Below, piece by piece: positions 1-14,080 of a stretch of 64,000 bases of DNA. Position 1 is the first letter of the stretch. Each line of letters opens with the position of its first letter. The notes below the pieces were generated by a model. The model was not told where the DNA came from, searched no databases, and worked only from the letters and a program-made list of their open reading frames with translations. The position numbers and the translations under genes were made by a program. Source of the DNA: the human T2T-CHM13v2.0 reference genome, Homo sapiens; assembly GCF_009914755.1 (NCBI RefSeq), contig NC_060938.1; one strand, given 5' to 3'.

Positions 1-405
1 AAGTTCCCAGGCCAAGCCTTCACTTCAGCCCCTGATTGGTCCCAAGCCAAGTTACTGGGTCAAGCCTTCACCTCTGCCTCCAGTTGGTTCTTTACACTAT
101 CATACCTCCTTCTGAGTGGTGCTTTCTCCAAGACAGTCTGCAGAAAATTCACCATTCTCCTCCCCTTCCATTCCGTAAAACCCTGGACTTAGCCTCATAT
201 CTGGCAACCCTCTTTTGAGTCCCCTCTCTTGCTGAGACCTTTTCTGTTGCTTAACAAACTCAACTCTGCCTTACTTACTCTCTGGTGTCTGTTCCTTATT
301 CATCTTGGTCATGAGACAATAATTTGGAGCTTTCCAGCAGAAGAGTGAAAGAGCTGTAACACTTTCTCCCACTTGCCAAACAACAGGAGTGTAAAAGCTG
401 CAACA
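1..405 (+). mobile_element. ERV1-class LTR, 3' part (MER61/LTR1/MER52-like group), truncated by window start
   Basis: CCAAT-like ctgattgg, decayed TATA and polyA-like segments, and repeated gagctgtaaca/aagctgcaaca terminal motif ending in CA at 405. Confidence 0.6.
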
Positions 406-1915
406 CAATAAGGTTTATTTACCTGCCCACTGTCACCTGGAGACAAATGCAATGGATTGTGTTGTTCCAGGCTACACACCTGGTAAATTATGAGTGATCA
501 AAAGAATAAAGTAAAAGCAATTGTTTACAATTTGTTCTGTTGTCTCAGATATAAAGCCTCCATCAATTATTTTACATTGAAAATTACTAAATTGTCACAT
601 TACTTAATAATCCTTAGAAAGATGCAAATTAAAACAATCCACACTTTCAGGTGTTGCAAGGATGGGCATTGTAGTCTCTAAATGTTTAAATATATTCAAC
701 ACTTAAAGAAGAAAATAATGCTTCTGCATGGATAGAATATATTTGAGGTAGAGCATACACACAAACACCAAGTGTTTAGATTTTTATAGAAAATGTAATT
801 TAGGTTGCAATTTTATTTAATTAACTTATTACCTTATGCATTGACTGATGTTTTTTAATCATCTTACTGTGTTCATCTATTGCATTTATTAGGGTTCTCA
901 GATAACAATTTCTAAAATTTCCTTTTGCTTATGTTTTTTGTGGAAAATTAATTTATTTTACAGACAGCAAATTAATTTATTTTACAGAAATACATGTTTC
1001 TGTATTTAAACACGTATTTCTGTAAACAAAATTAATACAGAAATGTATTTCTGTAGATAATTTATTTTCAGAAATACATGTTTATAAACTCATTTGATTA
1101 ATAATTTAAAATTCTAGACTGCTTATTGTGTACATAAAAATATAATTTAAGGTAAATTTTGAAGATACAAATTTATATATTTTTATACACTGAATCCTTA
1201 TATTTTATACTTAAATATTGCTGTTAACATAGTTTTAATTTCCCAGATATGTAGCTTCTCATATTTTTCTCTTTAAGCTCTATTGTTTTCTACAATGTTT
1301 TCTTTTTTAATTGATACTGACACTATACTTTTTTCCCATTAATAGAAATATATCTATATATAGATATAGACATATAAAAGAGATATTTTTGTTTCCTTTG
1401 GTAAATTTTCTTTCTGTTCTAAACAAAATTTACAAGTGAGATTTGTATTATTGTTCTGTGACTGTTTTTTCTCTTATCAACATTTGTAGGTATGAAATAG
1501 AAAAAAAGTTATATACTTTCTAAGTCAAGCTTAAAATGACACCCATTTTGACTAATTTTTAAACAATAAATTGTTTTCTCACCAAGAATTAACTGTTGAT
1601 TTTCTAAAATGTCTATTTTATTGAAAGAGATGAATAATTTTTGCAAAAATAGTGGCATGTTAGTAAGCTAGTCTCAGGTTTTATCTCTCTCCTTCTTATG
1701 TGATTGTTTCAATATATTATTTACTTTGTCTTTCTAAAAAAGTCAGTATTTGCCTTAATGATGAAATAAAAACCAATACGTTATTTATTTGAAAGAGATT
1801 CCTCAGTTATTTCTTATTTCTCATTTGATATTATTATTATTAAAATATCATAAATTATTACTTTTTACTTTGTGTTTGAACTAAATATTGTGATAATAAG
1901 ATAACATATAATATT

Positions 1916-2734
1916 TACATTAGTTTGCCAGGGCTACCACAACAATATACTGGGTGGTTTAAACAGCAGAATTTTATTTTCTCAAAGTTCTGAAAGCTTG
2001 AAGTCCAAGAGCAAGGATCCAGCAGGTTTGATTTCTTCCAAGACCTCTCTCTTGCTGAAAGAGGGCCAGACTTTTCCTGTGTCTTTACATGGTCTTTCCT
2101 CTGCATGTGTGTATCTTTAACATCAGTCTGCTCTGGCTGCCATGATACAATTCTCTAGACTTATTTGCTTAAAGAACAGAAGTTTATTTTCTCATAGTTC
2201 TGGAGACTTGAAAATCCAAAGTTAAGATGCCAATCAGTTCAGTTGCTGGTGAGGGTTCTTTGTGGCTTTCAGATGGTTGCCTTCCTTCTGTGTCCTCACA
2301 TTGCACAGAGAGAAAGAGAGAATGACAGATCTCCCTGCTGTCTCTTCTTGTAAGGGCACTAATCCTGTTGGACCAGGACTCCATCCTTATAACCTCTTTT
2401 AATCCTACTTACCTTTGAATGGTCTCATCTCCAAACACACTCACATTGGATTTTAGGGCCTCAATATATAAATTTGGAGAGTGGTGGATGGGGGGCATTG
2501 AAAATTTGGTGTTTCTGAAAGGTTGAAAATACCTGGTGTTTCTCTGTGTGTCACTGTTTCTTGTTCTTATAAGGATATTAGTAAAATTGGATGAGGATCT
2601 ACTCTAAAAGTCTCATTATAATCTTATCACCACTTTAAAGTTATAGCTCCATAATATGGTAACAACAATCCGCAGTCTTGGAAGGCAGGGTTTCAACATA
2701 TAAATGTTAAGGGGACATAATTCATCCTGCAATA
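1916..2734 (-). mobile_element. MLT1B-like MaLR LTR, split into 1916-2116 and 2532-2734 by a nested MLT1A0
   Basis: attagtttgccagggctacc...catggtctttcctctgcatgtgtgtatc continues collinearly as cctggtgtttctctgtgtgtc...ggggacataattca after the insert. Confidence 0.75.
2118..2500 (-). mobile_element. MLT1A0-like MaLR LTR nested in MLT1B
   Basis: Second copy of the MaLR terminus (agtctgctctggctgccat...ttctcatagttctggag) plus ctggtgagggttct and tcttcttgtaagggcactaatcc. Confidence 0.7.
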
Positions 2735-3727
2735 CTTTTCTAGTAGTTTCCTTGGAAACCATCATTTCTCTGAAACTCATACTAGTGATTTGAAGTAAAT
2801 ATCATGCTGACTAGTTAGACTTCTATTACTTTTATCTTTAAATATAGAAACTCCCTAGGTAAGTATTAGTGCTTATTAACAGCTTCCTCATGGGATGCAA
2901 AAATATAAAGTCACAGATGTCTTCAAAAAGGAATTTTATTCACAATATCCTGAAAATTAGTTTTCAACTTCTATTATAAATTGTCAATATGACAGAAAAT
3001 AAAAATATTTCTGTGAATATGTCAGATATGTGAAAAATATAAAGTATATTATATTTCTATTGATAAGATGCCTCTATGTAAATGTAATATATAAAACAAG
3101 TTTTCATGTTACTAATTCACACAAATGACTTTAGTTAACAATATATCTCTTCTAGAAATATTTTTACTTCAATAACACATTTTGTATATTATAAGTTGTA
3201 GTCATAACATATATATTATTTTCCCAAATTCTAGGTAAGCTTGGAAAATAAATTGTAAACATGGAACTTATATCTAAGTATGCAGGATTATAGTCATAAT
3301 GTTTATTAACTGAGAAATCTTTGCATAGATTGATATATAAATGGAAAGAGTATTATTACCAAAACCCCAAATCTCTTCTCTGTATGACATCTTCAATTAA
3401 CTAGCCACTCAAATACTAACCTAAGCCATTAACAGACTGCCTTCAACAATTGTAAGCCTATAATTTATGTAAAATAGATTAATGTGAATCCCCCCTCCTA
3501 TTATGAGCTTCAGTTGAGCTTTACATAACAAAAATTAAATGAGAGTCATAATTTTAGTCATCATGGAGAAATTTTTTAAACAATATAAAGTTCATCTACC
3601 TCTTAGCCCTAAATGTCTAATTATATGTAAAGAACTGTAATTTATTTTCCTAACTACATATTTAAGCTTCAGTTTATTTGCTCAATTGCTTTTTATACTA
3701 ATTTTAACTAAGACTATAATGTGGTAT

Positions 3728-4635
3728 GTTTTTAATTGAAGTATAATTCAAGTACAATAAAACTCACTCTTTTAAAGTATACAATTCAGCTTGTTTTAGC
3801 ATATTCACAAAGTTGTACAACTATGGCTACATCAACACTAATTGTAGAGTTTCATCATACCCAAAGAAAAGTATATGCTCATTAGTAGACACTCCCTCTT
3901 CTACTTCCTGTCTCCCATAGAAATCACTAATGTACTGTCTTTCTTTATGAAAATGCCTATTTTGGATTTTACATATAAATGGATTACATAATAGTTGGCC
4001 TATGCATTTGGCTTATTTCAGGCAACATAATATTTTTAGGGTTACGTCATTATGCAGCATATATTACCACTCCATCTTTGTCAAATCTGAACACTATTTC
4101 AGTCAGTGCTTGTATTGCATTTTGCTTACCTCTTCATCAGATGATGGACATTTGGATTGTTTACATTTTTTAACTATAATGTACAATACTTCCATGAAGT
4201 CATGCACATGTTCTTCTGTGAACATGTTTTTAATTTTCTGGGATATACAATTAGGAGTGAAATTGTTTGGTCATGTGTTAATTCTGTTTAACTTATTGAG
4301 GAACTGTCAATTTTTTTCCAAAGTGGCTGTAGCATTTCACATTTCCACCAACTGTTTATGAGTGTTCCAATTTCTATGCATCCTCACCAATACTTGTTAT
4401 TCTGTCTTTTAATTACAGGCATTCCAGTGGAAGTGAAGTGCATCTTATTGTAGTTTTGATTTGCATTTCATGGATAGTAATGATGCCAAGAATCTTTCTA
4501 TGTGCTTACAGGCTATTTGCATATTTTCTTTGGAGAAGTTTATATAAGTTATTTGCCCATTTTTTTAAAAATTAGATTGCCCTTCAAATATTGATTTATG
4601 AGTCCTTCATATAATGATAAAACTTTATAATATAT
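3728..4635 (-). mobile_element. L1MB-type LINE-1 3' end
   Basis: ttttaattgaagtataattca...tttaaagtatacaattcag...atggacatttggattg...ttccaaagtggctgtagcattt is typical antisense L1MB 3'UTR/ORF2 end. Confidence 0.8.
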
Positions 4636-4639
4636 ATGA

Positions 4640-6520
<1,881 letters not shown>

Positions 6521-7772
6521 GTGATGCTTCTAAGTGTCTATACATAACTTTCAAATGTCAGGTTTTTGTTAGATACACAGTATGTTTCATTACTACAACT
6601 ATATGATAAAAATATATGAATTGTAGCAGAAGATTTTATGAAACATAGAACTGTCATTTTATCCAGATTGTTGATATTCTGGTTCTATAGAATTTTACTG
6701 AAAAATAAGGATAACTATGCAAGTGTTAAAAACATGCCTACTTAATCTACATAGAATCCAATGATAGCAGGAAAATTAAATTTTACATTTTTATAGATAT
6801 AGATTAATTAATGATAAATAGTTAATAGTTAAAATATTAGATACATATAGGCAGAAAAAATAAATAATCTATTTTGAGAAATCATATTTAAAGATCAGAC
6901 AGGGACAATGACCAGAGATTTTGAATTTGTTCAAGAAATAGTTTATTGTCAAGACTTATTCTAATGTCTGAAGTTCCTAAATTGCATATGTTTGTTCTTG
7001 TTTGTCGAAGAGGAGGAAGCACCAGTATTTCACACATGTCCACCTTTTTCACACCTAAACTCGTATGAATAACTTGGTAGGAAGCCATTGATTATTTCTT
7101 ATATATGTCCTCTGTGTTATTGAGTTGTTAATCTGCATTTTGGGGATGTGCGCAATTTAAAATGACATTGCTTAGAACTCTCATTCTTGCTAATGTTCTA
7201 GCTATGTTTCTCGTTGATGTTATAGTGAGATTCTTTGTCTTTATGAAGCAGTAATTATCAACTTGCATATTTAAAAGCAAGAATTTGCAGATTTAGCATT
7301 GTTTTATTAATAATTTTGAGGTTATTTCTCCAGGCCACCTCAGGAAACTCATGAAGAAGCTTTTAATAGGCTAATAACACAATGTTTATGCTCTCTTTTC
7401 CCAAATTACATAACAATGGACTACCAGCCGCTTTAGACAGCCTTATAGACTATAGAGTGATGTATGTAATAGAGTACTAACAGGATAATTTATCTTTAGT
7501 TCTAGGGCATCTCCAAATAATTTTTCATGAACAAACATAATAATGATAGCTATAATAGTGTTTTTTCTTTCTTTTCTCTAACCCCAGTGCCCAAAGTTCT
7601 CTGCTGAGAATCTATTTCAGGATAACTGTTTTTTGTTTCCATTGCTCACATTCATCACAAGAGCTCTAATGTCTATGCTGAAGCAGCATTATTTGTGTCC
7701 CCAGTTATTGCCCATAGCTTTAATAAAATAGTTTCTTTACAAAAATGTGAAAATCTTACCTCTTTTGAACTC

Positions 7773-8962
7773 TGTGGTAAGCAGAATAATGTTCATGCAA
7801 AGATGCCATTTCTTAATTTGCAGAATTTTTGAATATGTTAAAATTACATGCCCAAAGGGAATTAAGGTTGCAGATGGAATTAAGTTTACTAATTAGCTCA
7901 TCTTAAAATAAGAAAATTATTCTGCATTTGGAGGATGAGCACAATCTAATCACATGTACTTTTAAGAACAAAGGGAGGTTCCAAGTCTTTGCTATTGTGA
8001 ATAGTGCCGCTATAAACATACGTGTGCATGTGTCTTTATAGCAGCGTGATTTATAATCCTTTGGGTATATACCCAGTAATGGGATGGCTGGGTCAAATGG
8101 TATTTCTAGTTCTAGATGCCTGAGGAATCGCCACACTGACTTCCACAATGCTTGGAACCAACCTAAATGTCCAACAACAATAGTCTGGATTAAGAAAATG
8201 TGGCACATATACACCATGGAATACTATGCAGCCATAAAAATGATTAGTTCATGTCCTTTGTAGGGACATGGATGAAGCTGGAAACCATCATTCTCAGCAA
8301 ACTATTGCAAGGACAAAAAACCAAACACCGCATGTTCTCACTCATAGGTGGGAATTGAACAATGAGAACAGATGGACACAGGAAGGGGAACATCACACTT
8401 CAGGGACTGTTGTGGGGTGGGGGGAGGGGGGAGGGATAGCATTAGGAGATATACCTAATGCTAAATGACGAGTTAATGGGTGCAGCACACCAACATGACA
8501 CATGTATACATATGTAACAAACCTGCACATTGTGCACACGTACCCTAAAACTTAAAGTATAATAAAATTTTAAAACAAAGAACAAAGGAAGGTAGAGGAG
8601 TGAGAGAGATATGATATGAAGAGGATTTGATTCATCTTTTATGGCTTCGAAGATGAAGAAAGGGGACCTTGAGGCTAGGAATGTGGGCAACATCTAAAAG
8701 CTGATAATAGCTCTCAGTTGACAATGAGAATTGAAACAGGAATCTTGGCTCTACAACCACAGGAACTAAATTCTGACAGTAACTCTAGTGAATGGGAAAC
8801 AGATGTTTACTTAGAGTCTCCAGAAAGCAATGCAGCATTGTTCACACCTGACATTTGCCCAGTGAGATTTGTATCAGACTTGTGATATACAGAACTGCCA
8901 AATAATAAGTTATATTATTTTTAAGCTACTAAATTTGTGTTGATTTCTTCTCATAGCAATGC
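7773..8962 (+). mobile_element. MLT1D/MLT1E-family MaLR LTR, split by an L1PA4 insertion
   Basis: Starts tgtggtaagcagaataatg; contains ggaattaaggttgcagatggaattaag; resumes after 8592 with ctacaaccacaggaactaaattctg...taagctactaaatttgtg. Confidence 0.8.
7977..8577 (+). mobile_element. 5'-truncated, 5'-inverted L1PA4-like element (inverted 7977-8150, sense 8151-8577)
   Basis: Minus-strand ORF 7903-8217 contains ORF2p C-terminal peptide [30 protein letters not shown]. Sense 3'UTR ends cttaaagtataataaa. TSD aagaacaaagggagg (7964-7978) / aagaacaaaggaagg (8578-8592). Confidence 0.93.
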
Positions 8963-9168
8963 ATTTTTTTAATATAAAGTCAGACAAAAAGTACTGGTCT
9001 GAGCTAGAGGTTAAAATAGATCGCATTTGTTATTGTTCACTTATTCCCTCCTCTACCAATTTAGAAACATCTTTACTTAATCTGGTTCAACCAATTTATC
9101 AAATATATTAAGCACTTCCCAATCACAGGAGAGGGGAGCGCTTTGAATTCCACTATATACTTTCTTAT

Positions 9169-9616
9169 TGTGATCCTCGAATATCTGAGACAGGCCTCAT
9201 TAATTTAGAAAGTTTATTTTGCCAAGGTTGAGGATGCAAGCCCATGACACAACCTCAGGAGGTCCTGATGACATGTGCCCAAGGTGGTAAGAGCACAGTT
9301 TGGTTTTATACATTTTAGGGAGACATGAGACATCTATCAACACATATAAGATGAACGTTGGTTCTGTCTGGAAAGGCAGGACAATTGGAAGTTGGGAGGG
9401 GGCTTCAGGGTCATAGGTGGATAAGAGACAAATGGTTGTATTCTTTTGAGTTTCTGATTAGCCTTTCCAAAGGAGGCAACCAGATATGCATTCATCTTAG
9501 TGAGCAGAGAGATGACTGAAGAGAATGGGGGGCAAGTTTGCCCTAAGCAGTTCCCAGCTTGACTTTTCCCTTTAGCTTAGTGGTTTGGGGGCCCCCAGAT
9601 TTATTTTCCTATCACA
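9169..9616 (-). mobile_element. MER4A1-like ERV1 solo LTR
   Basis: TG...CA ends. Reverse complement begins tgtgataggaaaataaatctgggggcccccaaaccactaagctaaagggaaaagtcaagctgggaactgcttagggcaaac, matching the recalled MER4A1 start. No clear TSD. Confidence 0.88.
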
Positions 9617-10261
9617 GCGTGTAGCAGTATTCTACTATGAAAAGTGGAGCATCAGCTTTGTTTTCTCATTCTCTAATTATGTTTTTGGATTTCCCAAAAA
9701 TGTCTAAAAGTATTATTTATTGGTAACTACAATAGAATATCTCACAGCTCATGATGCTAAATGGTTTCAAGGGTAACATTTACTTATGGCCATAATTTAG
9801 TTTTACTCAGTATACACACAGTTGAACAAATTAGCATATCTTATCACCAGGCACTTATGAAAGATACAAGAGGTTTATGTTGTGTTAATTTTTATATTAC
9901 TTCAAGAAGAGAAAATAAAATATTTTTAGCATAGAAAATCATTTTGCTTTCCAATAACCAAAGGCACTTTTTATGAACATATTCATTAATAATATGTAAA
10001 AAATTTACCTTACCCAACAATTTAATAACCGCTAAGTTGTGTGATTATTCTAAATTAACCATGAATCATGGAAAGCATTATCACTAGTTTCTAAAGCTAT
10101 TCCAGTTTTTAAAGATTTCATGACAATGTTCTTAAAATTGTCACATTTCTTATAATATTGACAATTCCTCAAATTTTATCATTTATAGAATCTTTATTCA
10201 AATTACTAGGGCTATGTGTTGGATAGTGTAACAATTTGAATTTATGTAGTATGAAAAACAT

Positions 10262-10512
10262 AAGAAATTTTCCCTGGTTTCCCTTTACTGCTTACAGTAA
10301 AATGTGAGATGAGGGAGATAAATTGCAACAATTATTAAGCAAAAAGTTACCAGAATTTGAAGATATGGAAAACTCTCGGTCTATCCTTAGTGCAAAAAAC
10401 AAGAAAGCATGGGCTGGAGACAATAGCAAAAATTGGCTGGAAAATAATTTGATAAAGAGATCACTGGTGCTATTTGAGGGTTTAATCCATCATCTCAACA
10501 GATGCCAGAATT
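10262..10512 (+). mobile_element. MaLR internal fragment (MLT1/MST-int)
   Basis: ttactgcttacagtaaaatgtgaga...ttaagcaaaaagttaccagaatttgaagatatggaaaactctc matches the recalled MaLR internal ORF; source of ORF 10323-10574. Confidence 0.7.
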
Positions 10513-10858
10513 CAGAAGTCCAAGAATCAAAGGATGAAAATGGAAGTGGCACCACTCATCATTACCTTTTGTGACCTCTAGCAAATATTTGCTTCCTGTT
10601 CCCATGACCTTAAATTCTGATGGCCTAGAAATCTTAGTCGCGAAGGGAGAAATGCTTCCACCAGGAGACAATAATTCAATTTAACTGAAAGTTAAGACTT
10701 CATTTTGGCCACTTTTAGCTTTGTAAATTTCTGAATAAACAAAGAAGGGAGTTACTGTGCTGTCTGAAGTGATTGATTCTGATTACCAAAGAGAAGTAGG
10801 ATTGCTAAGTATGATTTAAGGAGATGTGTATGGGTGTATGCTGACAACGTGGTAAAAT
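10513..10858 (+). mobile_element. ERVL internal fragment (decayed dUTPase region joined to the pre-LTR 3' end)
   Basis: gaagtggcaccactca...ttgcttcctgttccca...ggcctagaaatcttagt...ccaccaggagaca...aagaagggagttactgtg, then gtatgatttaaggagatgtgtatgggtg just before an MLT2 LTR. Confidence 0.75.
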
Positions 10859-11403
10859 TTCAGTGATTAATTTTATATGTCAACTTGTCTGGAGCACAAT
10901 GCCCAAATATTTGGTCAAACATTCTGCATACTTCTGTGAGGATTTATTTAATGAGATTATCATTTATATCAGTGGACTTTGAGTAAAACAGATTGCATAA
11001 TATGGATAGAATTAAGTCAATCTGTGATTGGACTTAATCTTCTGTGCAGACTGATTTAATGAGATTATCATTTATATCAGTAGACTTTGAGTAAAACAGA
11101 TTACATAATATGGATAGACTTAATCCAATCAGTTGAAAGCTTGAATAGAATAAAAAGCTGGCCTCTCCCAAGAGGGAGGAAATTTTTTGTCAGACTGCCT
11201 TCAGATTCCATCTGTAATATCCTTTGTTTTTTTTTTCTGGTTCTATAGGAGACTGTCTTCAGACTTTGTCTGCAACATCAACATTTCCTGGTTCTAGAGC
11301 AGGCTGCTTTTGAACCCACATGTAACTCTCTATTGAGTCTCCAGCTTGTAGGACAACATCATTAAATTTTGGACTTCCCAAGCCTCCACAATCTCATTAG
11401 AGC
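10859..11403 (+). mobile_element. MLT2C/D ERVL 3' LTR with an internal duplication
   Basis: ttaattttatatgtcaacttg...atttggtcaaacatt...gactttgagtaaaacagattg...ccaatcagttgaa...cagactgccttcaga. Confidence 0.8.
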
Positions 11404-13328
11404 AGAATTTAATTTTATAAGTATAACTCAGTATATCAAATTATTGTATATTGAAATACAGGAAAATTTATAATTAAAGTTTTAAAAAGTTTTTTCACTA
11501 ATCAGTATATTGTAATGTGCAAGAGAATTTACAAATGATTTGCCTCCTATATAAAATTACAGATTTTTAGCCAAGATTTTTAAAAACAATTTTGTCAGTC
11601 AAATTTTATTAAGTGAATTAATCACATAAGCAAACATTTCTAACAGTGCAAAATTACTTCAGGTGGAGCAAAAAGTTGTGTATATAGATTAATTAATGCA
11701 GTCAAGTAGTTCTTGAACTGTTGCAGTTTAAAAGGCAATAGTTAAAATTGCTGCATTTTCAAATAAATATTATCTTCTTTGATGTTGATAAAAATGATTT
11801 ATGTTGATTTAATTAATAATAGAAGGCAAATTTTAGTTATTTATGATTCCACAAAATTTTATGTTAATGTACGTATTGGGGTAATTATATATACATTTCA
11901 TAAACAGTTTATAAATAAGTAAATATCAATTTATAGCTTCAGATTTGTTTATTATAGTTTGATGTTCACTTGAAATAGTAATTATGTGTTTGTATTTCCT
12001 GATTTTATTTTCAAAGTTTGTAAATATCAGTAATACCTGGATTTAAGAGAAACCCACAGCTTTTTTATTCCAACTGAAATTTTAGCAATGGAATAATTTG
12101 AATTCAGACTAGGAATTGTGGCAGTCTGTTAAAGCTATAAGAATTAAAAAAATATTTTTTGCTGTTGTTCTAATTTGTATAGATTACAAATATACTAGAA
12201 ATAAATGAGTACATTGACACATACACAAGCTTTCTATGTGATGTTTCAAGGTAGTGCTCCAAAAATTGCAATATATGTGTCTCTCATATAAAATTATATT
12301 AGATATGAAACAAGTCACTCTATTGTTGAACTATAAATACATACATATATGTGTATGTATATATGTGTATTGATCTCATCGTTTTCAAAAACATATTTCT
12401 GAAATCCTTCTATTCTTTGTTTAGCTTGTAGAATTTCAGAATTTTAAATTGAAATAAATTATAGTGAGAACTTGAATGAGGTCACACAACTACATCAAAC
12501 AATTTTAATTTTAGAATGTCAATTCCTCTCAAAATCACAAAAAAGAGAACCATTTTTCTTGGTATAATTTATATCAATGAAAAGATAACGAAGACATTTA
12601 AAATATTTCAATATCCCTCACTTCCCCAATTTTCCATCCGCATTCTTAATAAATGCGTGCACACACATATACACACATGCACACACACTTTATTGCATAT
12701 AGACTAAATGATGGCAAAAATTCTAGGTTCAGTGACTTGACACTTTGGCTTCATAACTGTTACAAATAAAAACAGTAATTTATGTCTTTTAACACATTAA
12801 AAAATGTTAAAGAGATCTTTAAAGAGGACCTGGGGTTAAAGGAATTACTGAAAGCACAGAATTAAATCATACAGTAATCTTTGAAACTCTATCGCATATC
12901 CTAGAAGCAGGGGAAGATGAATCATTCTATTTGTTACTGTATTTAATATCAATACAGTGTCAAATAAATTCGGTGGTTATTTTATAATCAATTATTTTTG
13001 CCTCAGTATAAACATTTGTTTGACTTATTCTTAGTTTATTACACATAGTTAAAGTGCTTACTTTTAACATTAAGGTTTTCAATTTTTGTAGCATAGTATT
13101 TAGAATTATTTTAAGCAGGGCTAGTTGATGTTGATGCTTTGAGGGCTAGTAGTGTCTCAGATTAATTTGTAGCTTTTACTAAGTCTTATCCACTAATTAG
13201 CTTGACTTCAGCATAGTACACAACTTTCTCTCCCATGTGGTTTTCTGCAGTTCACAACACATTTTACATGGTTCTGACAATTCAAATGCTGATTGTGTGT
13301 GAAGAAAAAAAATCTGATAATGTAAAGG

Positions 13329-13630
13329 CCCTTCCTTCCTTCCTTCCTTCCATCCTTCCTTCCTTCCTTTCTTCCTTTCATCCTTCCTTCCTTCCTTCCC
13401 TCCCTCCCTCCCTCTTCTCCTCCCTCCCTCCTCCCTCCCTCCCTTCTTTCCTTCCTTCCTTCCTTCTTTACCTCCCTCCCTCCATCCCTTTCTTCTCTCC
13501 TTCCTTCCCTCCCTTCCTCCACCCCTCCCTCCCTTCCTTCCTTCCCTCCCTCCTTCCTTCCTTTCCTCTTTCTTTTTTCTTCTTTCTCTTTCTCTCTCTC
13601 TTCCCCCTTCCCCATTCTTCTTTCATTCTC
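13329..13630. repeat. Polypyrimidine (CCTT/CCCT)n low-complexity tract, ~300 bp
   Basis: Almost exclusively C/T on the + strand; generates spurious ORFs 13208-13615 and 13235-13651. Confidence 0.95.
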
Positions 13631-13907
13631 GTTGGCTTTCTTTTTACTTGATTTTTGGCTTTTTTATCATTGTTTTTATCATTAGTACTTTGATAATTAT
13701 AAAATTCTACATCAGAACTTGATATATCTAAATTATTCCATTGATGCAAACAATCTTAATTCCAGATATTTTAAAATTACATTACCAAAACTACATGGAG
13801 TTACTATATATTTAGTGACTCTTATTTTTATTGGATAGGAAAAAGGAATTAACAGCTATTAAGCATGTATTATACCAAGCATGGTGCTAGACTTTCAAAT
13901 ATATTCA

Positions 13908-14037
13908 CCAATTTATGCCTGAGGTTGCAATGTTTTGAATGTTTGCAATCAGACCGTAGTGATGACCTTGAGCAGTAAGATATAAATAACTCTCACATGC
14001 TTAGCGTTCCAATAGTGGAACACTAGGCATAAATGGA
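13908..14037 (-). mobile_element. MER85 (piggyBac PGBD3-derived MITE), full length
   Basis: Terminal inverted repeats ccaatttatgcct / aggcataaatgga, internal palindrome gttccaatagtggaac (14006-14021), degenerate TTAA flanks (ttca left, tttaa right). Confidence 0.92.
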
Positions 14038-14080
14038 TTTAATAATAGTAACTGATGTTTATTGTAATACTCCACCTCTT

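Noticed and set aside
10323-10574. 83-aa ORF as a domesticated retroviral gene
   Set aside because: Short, non-ATG start, spans a junction of two decayed LTR-element fragments.
13208-13749. 135, 138 and 93 aa ORFs
   Set aside because: Translations of the CCTT/GGAA low-complexity tract.
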